Positions 27,701 to 37,080 of a stretch of DNA of 64,000 nt are shown piece after piece. A program made the position numbers and the translations under genes. The stretch's first letter is position 1, and each line of letters opens with the position of its first letter. Below the pieces are notes generated by a model. It was not told the origin of the DNA. It saw nothing but the letters and a program-made list of their open reading frames with translations, and did no database searches. The DNA comes from Nitrospirota bacterium (GTDB lineage: Bacteria > Nitrospirota > UBA9217): positions 608,001 through 672,000 of the forward strand of contig CAVUCU010000001.1 of the NCBI GenBank assembly GCA_963740085.1, in the 5' to 3' direction.

Positions 27701-29052
27701 TAAAGGGCCGCACGTGCAGGATCACGGTATTCTCCGTCTCACTCGTACTGTTCCTGATGCTCATGCTGTCCGTTGTGGTTTACAGCTACGCCGCGGAAAC
27801 GCTCACGCTCGATCAGGCGATCGACACGGCGCTCAAGAACAACCCCCGGCTCAAGGCCGCCGATGCGCAGGTCGAATTCACTGATGCCGGCGTGCTCAGG
27901 TCTGTTTCGGGATTTTTACCCAAGGTGACGGTGTCGGAGACCTGGAGCAGGACGGACAACCCGCTCATGGCGCTCGGCACAAAGCTGAACCGGGAGATCG
28001 TGACTCCCGCGGATTTTAATCCCGCGGTCATAAACGATCCCGATCCCATCTCGAGCTATAACACGAGGCTGGCGGTCGTGCAGCCCGTTTTCAACGGCGG
28101 AAAAGAATATGTCGGAAGAAAACAGGCGATACTTGCCAGGGAGGCATCGGTCCAGGACCGCGAACGGACCCGTCAGGAAACGATATATAATGTAGTAAAG
28201 GCATTCTACGGCGTACTGCTTGCCGAAGAATTGCACAAGGTAGCGCTCCAATCGCTCGAAACGAGCGAGGCAAACGTGAACCTTGCCCAGGCGCGGTTCA
28301 CGGCAGGGGCCGTTCTCCAGTCCGACCTTTTGCGGGCAAAGGTGCAGCGCGCCGAGGTACAGGAGATGGTGACACGTTCCCGGAACGGAGTACGGCTCGC
28401 AACGGCCGCGCTCAACTTCAACATGGGCGTGCCGCAGGGCATTGAGAATGATTTTTCCGGGAAACTTTCGGCACAGGACGTGAAGGCCGACATAAACGCC
28501 GTGCTCGATGAGGCGGCCGCGAAGCGGCCTGACCTGATATCCATGGAACTGAACCTCAGGAATGCCGAGAAGTCGGTGACGATGGCGCGCTCCGATTATC
28601 TTCCGAACCTGAACCTCATGGGCCAGATGGACTGGAACAGCGACAAGCTTGCCGGCAATGACGCAAAAAGCTGGGCCGTGATGGCTGTGCTCCAATGGAA
28701 CCTCTTCGACGGTCTCGTGACGAGATCAAAAGTGAAGGAAGCGCTCGCGACGAGCAGCAGAATGAAATCGCTCGAAGAACAAACGCGATCAGGAATTGAG
28801 CTCCAGGTCCGTCAGGCCTATTACAATCTTACCGCATCCCTCGACCGTATCTCGGCATCGGCATCGGCGGTGCAGGAGGCCGAAGAGGGCCTGCGGATCG
28901 TCCAGAAGAGGTATGAGACGGGTATGACCACCTTTGTCGATGTGCTCGGCGCCGAGAGCGCGCTCATCCGCGCGCGTACCAATGCCCTCCAGGCGCTTTA
29001 TGATAACAACATTACGCAGGCGGAGCTGAAACTGGCTGTGGGAACGCTATAG
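27658..29052 (+). CDS. TolC-family outer membrane efflux protein (start uncertain)
   Basis: LTLDQAI..AL.NNP, LP.V...; two OEP repeats; precedes MFP/RND genes. Confidence 0.88.
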   Translation: MEFFRKCFDNQGIIIKGRTCRITVFSVSLVLFLMLMLSVVVYSYAAETLTLDQAIDTALKNNPRLKAADAQVEFTDAGVLRSVSGFLPKVTVSETWSRTDNPLMALGTKLNREIVTPADFNPAVINDPDPISSYNTRLAVVQPVFNGGKEYVGRKQAILAREASVQDRERTRQETIYNVVKAFYGVLLAEELHKVALQSLETSEANVNLAQARFTAGAVLQSDLLRAKVQRAEVQEMVTRSRNGVRLATAALNFNMGVPQGIENDFSGKLSAQDVKADINAVLDEAAAKRPDLISMELNLRNAEKSVTMARSDYLPNLNLMGQMDWNSDKLAGNDAKSWAVMAVLQWNLFDGLVTRSKVKEALATSSRMKSLEEQTRSGIELQVRQAYYNLTASLDRISASASAVQEAEEGLRIVQKRYETGMTTFVDVLGAESALIRARTNALQALYDNNITQAELKLAVGTL

Positions 29053-29127
29053 GCACGGGAGTCAGAAGACAGAAATCAGAAGTCAGAAGAGAGCATTTAT
29101 GTTTATTGTTCGGCAAAGGAGATCACA

Positions 29128-30348
29128 ATGAATATCGCCATGATACAAGATAAGATCAAGACCGTGGACAAAAAGATCGTTTACGGCATTTCAATTATTG
29201 CGACCATCGCGGTGCTCGGAGCAGGATATATGATCTTCGGAAAAGAGAACAGCTATGCGGAGACCCCGACGGCTGAAGCGCCGATGTCCGTGGCCGCTGT
29301 CACTGTGGAACCGAGGACCATTGACTCCGAGGTAACCGCGGCCGGCGCCTTGAGCTCCAGGAACACCTCGGTGCTGTCGAGCAAGGTCATGGGCAGGGTG
29401 GTCCGCCTCAGCGTGCAGGAAGGCGATCAGGTTGCCGCAGGCAAACTATTGATGAAGATCGACAGCGGCGAGATCACGGCCCAATTGATCCAGGCCCGGG
29501 CAACGTACCACAACGCCAGGCTCCAGTATGACCGCTTCAAGAGCCTCTTTGACGCGAAGGCATCGACCCAGATGGAGATGGACCAGGCGACCCTCGGGCT
29601 GGAGAACGCGCAGGCCGGGCTGCAGGCGGCAAAGGCCATGGAAAGCTATACCATCATCACCGCGCCCATCTCAGGCCAGATCGTGGAGAAGCGCATCAAC
29701 CTGGGTGAGATGGCGCTGCCGGGCCAGCCCCTCATCAAGATCGAGGACAACAAGAACCTGAGGCTCGAAGTGACGCTCAAGGAACAGGACATCCTCTCCA
29801 TTCAGCCCGGCAATCAGGTCAAGGTCCTGATCGACGCCATGCCCGGCACGCAGATCAGCGGCAGGGTATCACAGGTGGTCCAGGCATCCGATGTGCGGAC
29901 CCATTCGTTCATCGTTAAGATCGACATCCCGGCGAACAAGGGTCTCATCACCGGCATGTACGGCAAAGCCTGCTTCACCATCGGCAAACACGAGGCCATC
30001 CTGATCCCGAAGAGCGCCCTCGTAGATATGTCCGGCATCTCGGGCGTGTACCTCGTCTCCCCCGACCGGGGCGCAGTGTTCCAGATGATACAAGTCGGCG
30101 AAGAGCACGGAAACCTCGTGGAGGTGATCTCGGGACTCAAAAAAGGCGACCAGGTTATCAGCGACAAGCACCTCGGCAGAATGGAAGGGAAAAAGGTCGT
30201 CGTGGCGCAACAGAATGTAACCGAGATGATAAATTCGAACATAGTGCATAGCGCAGAGACGCGGAGTGCAGATCCGATTAGTAAATATCGCCATGCGCCA
30301 TGCTCTGTGCCGCCGTGCACTCGTGGTAAAGGCCGAAGGTTAACATGA
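29128..30348 (+). CDS. RND periplasmic adaptor (MFP); last ~40 codons may be read-through of an intergenic repeat
   Basis: N-terminal TM helix, V..GD.V.AG, I.APISG, V.SGL..GD.V. Confidence 0.88.
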   Translation: MNIAMIQDKIKTVDKKIVYGISIIATIAVLGAGYMIFGKENSYAETPTAEAPMSVAAVTVEPRTIDSEVTAAGALSSRNTSVLSSKVMGRVVRLSVQEGDQVAAGKLLMKIDSGEITAQLIQARATYHNARLQYDRFKSLFDAKASTQMEMDQATLGLENAQAGLQAAKAMESYTIITAPISGQIVEKRINLGEMALPGQPLIKIEDNKNLRLEVTLKEQDILSIQPGNQVKVLIDAMPGTQISGRVSQVVQASDVRTHSFIVKIDIPANKGLITGMYGKACFTIGKHEAILIPKSALVDMSGISGVYLVSPDRGAVFQMIQVGEEHGNLVEVISGLKKGDQVISDKHLGRMEGKKVVVAQQNVTEMINSNIVHSAETRSADPISKYRHAPCSVPPCTRGKGRRLT

Positions 30349-33300
30349 AACTCAATATCAGCGGCAAGATAACCCAGTACTTCATCAATTCCCAGCTTAC
30401 CGTGCTGCTCATGGCGGCAACGGCCATACTCGGGCTCTTTGCCCTCATCTACACGCCCCGTGAGGAGAATCCCCAGATCGTGGTCCCTGCGGCGAACGTC
30501 ATGGTGATGATGCCGGGCTCGTCGGCCAAAGAAGTGGAAGAGCTCGTATCCAAGCGGCTCGAGTCCATTCTCTGGGAGATCCCCGGCGTAGAGGACGTCT
30601 ACTCGGTCTCCATGAACTCGATGTCCGTGGTGACCGTGAAGTTCTTCGTTGGACAGGACAAAGAGCGGTCCATGGTAAAGCTCTACGACAAGATCATGTC
30701 CCATATGGACTTTGCCCCTGCCGGGGCATCCCAGCCGCTGATAAAGCCCATTGACGTGGATGATGTGCCGATCGTTGCGATCACGCTCTCTCCGGAAGCC
30801 GGAAGCGCCTATGACGATGCGCAGCTCAGGCTCGTGGCCGACAACGTGCTCGACGAGCTCAGGAAGGTCCCCGGCGTCGGCACCACAACGATCATCGGCG
30901 GACGCAGCCGCCAGGTGCGCGTGGTCCTCGACCCGCTCCGCATCGCAGGCTACGGTCTGTCGCCGCTCCAGATCGCCGGGGCCATTACCCTTTCGAATAC
31001 CAATCTGCTTTCGGGTGAACTTGAGCAGGGCAGCAGGAAGATCACCCTCGAGACCGGAGGCTTCTTTACCAGGGCAAGTGATGTACGGAACGCCGTGGTC
31101 GGCGTTGCGAACAACAAACCCGTCTATCTCGGTGATGTTGCCGATATAACGGACGGCTTCGAAGAGACGGTGAAACTCACGCGCATCGCCTTCGGCACTC
31201 ATCATTCCACGCACACGGGCATCAAGGACAACAGCGGGGGTGCGTCAGACGAGCATCCCGCAGTGACTCTGGCACTGGCAAAACGGCAGAAGCTGAACGC
31301 TGTTAAGATCTCGGACCAGATCCTGGCAAAGCTCGATGTATTGAAAAAAACCAGCATCCCTCCGGGGATCAAGGTGACCGTTACCCGGAACGACGGCAGG
31401 ACGGCCAACAATGCGGTGAACGAGCTGGTCTTCCACCTCGCGGTCTCGATCATCGTCGTGATCATCCTGCTGTTCTTCACACTCGGCTGGCGGGAGGCTG
31501 CGATCGTGGCGCTCGCCATCCCGCTCACGCTCTTCATCACCCTTGCCATAGGCATGCTGGCGGGCCAGACCATCAACCGGATAACGCTCTTCGCGCTGAT
31601 CCTTTCCCTGGGTCTTCTGGTCGATGATGCCATCGTGGTGGTCGAGAACATCCACCGCCACTACAAGCTTCAGCAGCATTCGAGACTGCAGGGCGCGATC
31701 ATGGCCGTGAACGAGATCGGCATGCCCACGATCCTTGCGACGATAACCGTGGTGCTGGCGTTCATCCCCATGGCGTTCGTCTCGGGCATGATGGGCTCCT
31801 ACATGAAGCCGATCCCCTTTAATGTGCCCGTGGCAATGGTCACGTCTCTCTTTGTTGCCTTTATCGTGACACCCTGGGCAAGCTACCGGATCATGAAGAC
31901 CGATCATCAGGCCGCCCAACTGCCGCTGGAAGAGACAAAACTCTATAAGGGCTATAAGAAAATCCTGGGGCCGCTCCTGGAGAACCCGCGCAGGCGTAAA
32001 CTGTTCATGAGCATCATCATTGGCCTGTTTCTGATCTCCATGACCTTCCCGCTCATGCAGTGGGTGAAGTTCCGCATGCTGCCGAAGGCGAACAAGAACA
32101 CGTTCCTGATCTCGATCGACATGCCTGCGGGCACGGCGCTCGAGAACACGGACCGCGCGGCCAGGGCCATAGGCGACTATCTCCGCCGCATTCCCGAGGT
32201 AAAGGACTACGAGACCTTCGTAGGCACGGGCTCGGTGATGGACTTCAACGGTCTGCTCAGAGGCAGCGCGTTCCGCGAGGCGAGCCACTTTGCCGATGTG
32301 CGGGTGAACCTGATCGATAAAGAGGAGCGTTCGATGTCGAGCGAGAAGCTGGTGCTCAAGATCCGGCCCGATATCACCGAGATCGCCCGGGAAAATAATG
32401 CGAACATCAAACTCGTGGAGGATCCCCCGGGTCCGCCGGTGCGTGCGACCGTCGTGGCCGAGATCTACGGCCCTGACTATGCCATTCAGCGCGAGATCGC
32501 TGCAAACATCAAAGCGCTCTTTGCCAGGACGGACCAGGTCGTGGATATCGACGACAGCGTTAAAGAGAAACAGGAGAAGTACCAGCTCATCGTTGATAAA
32601 GAAAAGGCGGCGCTCGCGGGCGTTTCGAGCGAGCAGATCGTCAAGACCCTGCGCATGTCCGTGGCGGGCATGGCGGTCTCGACCCTTCACAAGCCCGACG
32701 CGAAGAACCCGATCGCCATATTCCTGCGGCTTCCGCGGGGAGAGCGGTCAGGAATGTCGGACATGGACAAGGTGTATGTTACGAGTCAGCAGGGCAGCCA
32801 GGTGGCGCTCTCGTCGCTCGTGAAGGTGGTCCCGGCGGAAATGGACAAGGCGATCTATCACAAGAACCTAGAACCCGTGACCTATGTTTACGGAGAAATG
32901 GGGGCCCGGAGCCAGGTCTATGCAGTGATCGATATGATGAAGCAGCTCCGCAGGAATCCGCTCCCCGAGGGGTATAAAATAAAATGGGACGGAGAGATGA
33001 AGCTGACCCTTGATGTGTTCCGCGATCTGGGAGCGGCAATGGGCGTCGCGCTCATCGCCATCTATCTCCTGCTCGTGGGCAGGTTCCGGTCCTTCACCAT
33101 ACCGGTGATCATCATGGCGGCGATCCCGCTCTCGATGATCGGCATCATGCCCGGCTTTGCCATGACCGGCGTGTATTTCAGCGCCACCTCCATGATCGGC
33201 GTGATCGCCCTGGCGGGCATCGTGGTCCGGAACTCCATCGTGCTCCTGGAGTTCATTCTCGACAAGAAGCATGAAGGACTGCCGATCGCCCAGGCGCTGA

Positions 33301-33506
33301 TCGAGGCCGGCGCCATCCGCACCCGGCCGATCGTGCTTACCGCTGCGGCGGCCATCCTCGGCTCGGCCGTGATCGTGACCGACCCGGTGTGGTCAGGCCT
33401 GGCCCTGGCGCTCATCTTCGGCATGCTGGCATCAACAGCGCTCACGCTGGTGGTGATCCCGGTGTTCTATTATATGATCGAGAAGAAGAATTGGGAAAAC
33501 GCATAA
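30345..33506 (+). CDS. RND efflux permease (AcrB/AcrD/AcrF family)
   Basis: PREENPQI, GLLVDDAIVVVENI, GIVVRNSI, R.RPI.LT; 1053 aa. Confidence 0.95.
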   Translation: MKLNISGKITQYFINSQLTVLLMAATAILGLFALIYTPREENPQIVVPAANVMVMMPGSSAKEVEELVSKRLESILWEIPGVEDVYSVSMNSMSVVTVKFFVGQDKERSMVKLYDKIMSHMDFAPAGASQPLIKPIDVDDVPIVAITLSPEAGSAYDDAQLRLVADNVLDELRKVPGVGTTTIIGGRSRQVRVVLDPLRIAGYGLSPLQIAGAITLSNTNLLSGELEQGSRKITLETGGFFTRASDVRNAVVGVANNKPVYLGDVADITDGFEETVKLTRIAFGTHHSTHTGIKDNSGGASDEHPAVTLALAKRQKLNAVKISDQILAKLDVLKKTSIPPGIKVTVTRNDGRTANNAVNELVFHLAVSIIVVIILLFFTLGWREAAIVALAIPLTLFITLAIGMLAGQTINRITLFALILSLGLLVDDAIVVVENIHRHYKLQQHSRLQGAIMAVNEIGMPTILATITVVLAFIPMAFVSGMMGSYMKPIPFNVPVAMVTSLFVAFIVTPWASYRIMKTDHQAAQLPLEETKLYKGYKKILGPLLENPRRRKLFMSIIIGLFLISMTFPLMQWVKFRMLPKANKNTFLISIDMPAGTALENTDRAARAIGDYLRRIPEVKDYETFVGTGSVMDFNGLLRGSAFREASHFADVRVNLIDKEERSMSSEKLVLKIRPDITEIARENNANIKLVEDPPGPPVRATVVAEIYGPDYAIQREIAANIKALFARTDQVVDIDDSVKEKQEKYQLIVDKEKAALAGVSSEQIVKTLRMSVAGMAVSTLHKPDAKNPIAIFLRLPRGERSGMSDMDKVYVTSQQGSQVALSSLVKVVPAEMDKAIYHKNLEPVTYVYGEMGARSQVYAVIDMMKQLRRNPLPEGYKIKWDGEMKLTLDVFRDLGAAMGVALIAIYLLLVGRFRSFTIPVIIMAAIPLSMIGIMPGFAMTGVYFSATSMIGVIALAGIVVRNSIVLLEFILDKKHEGLPIAQALIEAGAIRTRPIVLTAAAAILGSAVIVTDPVWSGLALALIFGMLASTALTLVVIPVFYYMIEKKNWENA

Positions 33507-33574
33507 GGAAGCGGCAGATGTTCTCGACTGCCTGCTGTCGTATCTTCTTGCGTCTGTAAAACGGAGGGTTTATT

Positions 33575-34315
33575 ATGTCAGATACATGCGTCACCGTTGA
33601 ATGCAAGGACTGGATCAGCACCGTGACGATCGATAATCCGCCTGACAACTACCTGGACAAGGACGTCCTGTCAGGACTGAATAAGACCGTCAGCGAGATG
33701 ATCGCATCCCGGTCCGAACTCCGTGTGGTACTGCTCACGGCAAAAGGGGAAAACTTCTCAGCCGGGATCGACTACGCCAGGTTCGTGAAAATGACGAAGG
33801 AGGAGGCCGGCCACTTTGCAGAGGTGGGATACAATCTCCTGAAGCACATTGAGAACCTTCCGGTCCCGGTGATCGCCGCGGTCAAGGGCGAGACCACGGG
33901 CGCGGGACTCGGTCTGGCGCTCGCAGCCGATATTCGGATAGCGTCATCGGACGCGGTATTCTCGTTCCCCGAGGCGCAATTCGGCGTGCCGCCGATCTTC
34001 GGTTCGTCCCAGAGATTATACAAGACCGTGGGCGTCGGCAGGGCCAAGGAACTGCTCTTCACCGGCAGGACCGTGGCCGCAGAAGAGGCGCTCGCGATCG
34101 GGCTGGTGAACAAGGTGGTGCCCCGTGATGCGCTCGACGAGGAAGCGACCCGGCTTGCGGTAAGGATCGGCGGAAACAGCCTGAGTTCCTTGCGATCGAT
34201 CAAGATGCTCGTGAACTTCGGGTTGAACGAAGGCTATGATGTCGGCCTGCTGCAGGAGGTCACGGCCTTCAGCGAGGCGTTCAATCGGGACACAAAACAG
34301 TGGGAGCGGTTATAA
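33575..34315 (+). CDS. Enoyl-CoA hydratase/isomerase family
   Basis: FSAGID, P.IAAV.G...G.G..LALA.D, FPE...G; the usual first catalytic Glu position reads Gly. Confidence 0.85.
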   Translation: MSDTCVTVECKDWISTVTIDNPPDNYLDKDVLSGLNKTVSEMIASRSELRVVLLTAKGENFSAGIDYARFVKMTKEEAGHFAEVGYNLLKHIENLPVPVIAAVKGETTGAGLGLALAADIRIASSDAVFSFPEAQFGVPPIFGSSQRLYKTVGVGRAKELLFTGRTVAAEEALAIGLVNKVVPRDALDEEATRLAVRIGGNSLSSLRSIKMLVNFGLNEGYDVGLLQEVTAFSEAFNRDTKQWERL

Positions 34316-34386
34316 TTAAAAAGGATTCATGGCAGTTCCCTGGCGGATAAACCGCAGCGGGAAAATATGAGTGGGAGGTAATAAAT

Positions 34387-34815
34387 ATGGGAATCAGTGC
34401 GTGGCATATCATGCGCGAGAAGATCAGGGTGGAGCGCGACACCACAGCGCGGGAAGTGGCGATGAAGATCATCTCATCGGGACTTGCAGCGATGCCGGTC
34501 GTCGGCGACGCTCAGGAAGTATTGGGTGTCGTCTCGGAGAACGCAATTCTGGACGCGATACGGGAAGGCCTGGACCTTGAGGGCATCCCGGCGTATAAGC
34601 TCATGGTGCCGGCGCCGATCATCGTCGATTCCGTCACCCCGACCGACGAGCTTATTAATCTCCTTCTCAAGAGCTGCTGCTCCATCATTGTGGTGGTGAA
34701 GGACAAAAAGTACGTCGGTGTGGTGAGCAGGCACATGCTTATGGATATCTTTACCTCGCCGCACTATACGCGTTTTGCCTCGAAGGACCGGAAGACGCCG
34801 TTCGCATGCTCGTAA
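34387..34815 (+). CDS. CBS-domain pair protein
   Basis: MPVV....LGVVSE and V.VV....VGVVSR motifs. Confidence 0.8.
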   Translation: MGISAWHIMREKIRVERDTTAREVAMKIISSGLAAMPVVGDAQEVLGVVSENAILDAIREGLDLEGIPAYKLMVPAPIIVDSVTPTDELINLLLKSCCSIIVVVKDKKYVGVVSRHMLMDIFTSPHYTRFASKDRKTPFACS

Positions 34816-34873
34816 GACAACGAGGGCCACGGGCCGGACGGGCTTCGTGGGCGCCATGCCCGCTATTTTCGCC

Positions 34874-34902
34874 TTGACAGGTTTCGGCCCTATGAGTATT
34901 AT
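34874..34902 (+). promoter_or_regulatory. sigma70 promoter of the FmdB-like gene
   Basis: TTGACA-17 nt-TATTAT. Confidence 0.65.
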
Positions 34903-34978
34903 GTTGCATTGTGCAGGTGCGCGCGAGCGTTGCACTTGATCGTGATATCTGAACATATTGTTGAAAGGAGTACACACC

Positions 34979-35176
34979 ATGCCGTTTTATGAATACCTAT
35001 GTGAAGGTTGCAAAAAAGAGTTCGTCCTTTTGCAATCCATGACCGTAAAAGCTGAAGATACGGTCTGTCCCTACTGTAGTGCGAAAAAAGCCAGGAAGCT
35101 CGTCTCCACGTTTTCGTCAGCAGGCGGAAATAACGCGGTCTGCAGCACCGGGGGACATTCCTGGGGCGGCGGCTGA
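34979..35176 (+). CDS. FmdB-family zinc-ribbon protein (terminal TGA possibly recoded)
   Basis: MPFYEYLCEGC...CPYC...RKLVSTFS; RBS AAGGAG. Confidence 0.85.
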   Translation: MPFYEYLCEGCKKEFVLLQSMTVKAEDTVCPYCSAKKARKLVSTFSSAGGNNAVCSTGGHSWGGG

Positions 35177-35220
35177 GGTTCCTGATCGATCCGCCGTGCG
35201 TGGATCAGAACACCTTGCAG

Positions 35221-35252
35221 GCCTGAGAGTCACTTGACTCTCAGGCTTTTTT
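35221..35252 (+). terminator. Intrinsic terminator
   Basis: gcctgagagtca-ct-tgactctcaggc perfect inverted repeat followed by T6. Confidence 0.9.
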
Positions 35253-35274
35253 ATGTAAAACTGGCTTGCTACTT

Positions 35275-36211
35275 ATGAATCGCCCCTTTATGGCTACCGT
35301 CTCCCTCAAAACGTTCCTCCACCCGCGGTACTGGTATGCATGGCCGGTCCTGGCGCTCATGCTCGTCATGAGCTGGATGCCTTCGCGCGTGCTCTGGGTC
35401 CTGGGCAACGGCCTCGGATCGATCGCATCCTGGTTCCCCACCCCCAATCGGCGCTTTGCCGGGCGCAATATCGAGCTCTGCTTTCCCGAAAAGAGCCCAA
35501 CTGAACACCGGCAACTCATGAAACGCCATTTCCAGTTGAGCGGCGTTGCTGTTCTCAGCCTCAGTGTTGCCTGGTTTGCGCCGCGATGGAGAGTCGAACG
35601 ATTTATCATACTGCGGGATCAGCATATACTGGACGAGGCCCTGGCAGGCGGGAAAAAAGTCATTCTGTTCGCGCCGCATTTCCTCAGCCTGGACATGGGA
35701 GGTGCCCGTCTGGCTGCGATCAGGGACAGAAAGTTCGTCAGCATGTACCGTAGGATCCAGGGACCCGTTGCTGGAGTATCTCTTTTCGCGGCGCAGCAGG
35801 TTCGGCTCCCTTCTCGTGGAACGCATGGCAAGCCTGAAGTCGATCATCCGCGCTATCCGGGATGGCCGGATTTTTTACTACCTGCCGGACCAGGACATGG
35901 GGCAGCGTGCAAGCGTCTTTGTCCCCTTCTTCGGCATTCCCACGGCAACCGTGACCATCCTGAGCCGGCTTGCGGCAACCACGAATGCTGCCGTCATTCC
36001 CTGTATCACCCGTATCATTCCCGGTGAACACCGGTACGAGACGCGCCTGTACCCGCCCCTCGAGAACTTTCCAACGGACGATCCCGTTGCTGATGCACGG
36101 CGCATGAACCGCGAGATCGAACAGTGGGTCCGCGAGATGCCGGACCAGTACATGTGGTCCTACCGCCGCTTCAAGACCCGTCCGAACAATGAATCCTCTC
36201 TCTATGAATAA
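35275..36211 (+). pseudogene. Lipid A lauroyl/myristoyl acyltransferase (LpxL/HtrB family) split by a +1 frameshift near 35755
   Basis: N-half HPRYW..W, RNIELCFP, APHF..LD in one frame; C-half YLPDQD, FVPFFG, PDQYMW.YRRFKTRP in another; may be a sequencing indel. Confidence 0.8.
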
Positions 36212-36917
36212 ATGGCATTTGATTGACTCGGGACCAAATCTCGGTGTGTATAACATGGCCGTTGATGAAGAGCTGCTCGCGCGGGCACAGGCAGGAGCAA
36301 AAGTCCCGGTGCTCCGCTTCTACACCTGGGACCCCGCCGCGGTCTCGATCGGCAGGTTTCAAAAGATCGAGGAAGCGGTGAATGCCGGCGCATGTAAACG
36401 GCTCAACATGGACATCGTGCGGCGCGTCACCGGCGGCAGGGCCGTTCTCCATTCTCGGGAACTCACCTACAGCATCATTGCCCGCACTGACGATCCCCTC
36501 TTTCCCACGAATGTTCTCGGTACGTACAAACTCATCGCAGCCGGACTTCTCCAGGGGCTCAAGAACCTCGGCATTCCCGCAGAAATGGTCTCGCGTTCCC
36601 ACCGGAATGCAGCTCTCGTAAAAAAGGGCACAAAAGACCCCGCGTGCTTCTCCTCCCCTTCCTGGTATGAGATCGTCGTGCGCGGCAGGAAGATCATCGG
36701 CAGCGCACAGCGCCGAATGTCCAACGCCTTTCTTCAGCATGGCTCGATCCTCATGGACTACGATGCCGCGCTCGAAGCCGAGGTCATCCCCGGCGGCAGC
36801 GGTGACGTGGTCACTTCTATCAGGCGGGAACTCGGCGGGAATGTCTCTCTTGAAGAGGTGAAGCAGGCTTTCGTGAAAGGCTTTGCAGAAGCGCTGGTGA
36901 TAGATTTCAGAACCTGA
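36204..36917 (+). CDS. Lipoate-protein ligase / LipM-like octanoyltransferase
   Basis: NMAVDE.LL, LRFY.W, VRR.TGGRAVLH..ELTYS, CF, RKI.GSAQ, LQHGSI. Confidence 0.88.
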   Translation: MNKWHLIDSGPNLGVYNMAVDEELLARAQAGAKVPVLRFYTWDPAAVSIGRFQKIEEAVNAGACKRLNMDIVRRVTGGRAVLHSRELTYSIIARTDDPLFPTNVLGTYKLIAAGLLQGLKNLGIPAEMVSRSHRNAALVKKGTKDPACFSSPSWYEIVVRGRKIIGSAQRRMSNAFLQHGSILMDYDAALEAEVIPGGSGDVVTSIRRELGGNVSLEEVKQAFVKGFAEALVIDFRT

Positions 36918-37080
36918 TACCTGCTACAGAATATGACTGGTAGTGCTCGTTGTCGTTCACTGTTTTGGTCAGCTGTCCTTCCCTATGATCGGCAGGTGTA
37001 ACCTTGTAAGTTTGTTTCGGCTTCCGTCCGAATATGTCGTTTCATTCTGACAGGAAGGGATGTCCTGCCAAAAGACCAAT

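Noticed and set aside
29814-32690. 466-aa and 481-aa minus-strand ORFs
   Set aside because: Antisense shadows of the MFP/RND genes
36204-36917. Lipoate ligase as part of an sHdr/LbpA sulfur-oxidation pathway
   Set aside because: No shdr, lbpA/gcvH or radical SAM lipS genes in the window; context is housekeeping
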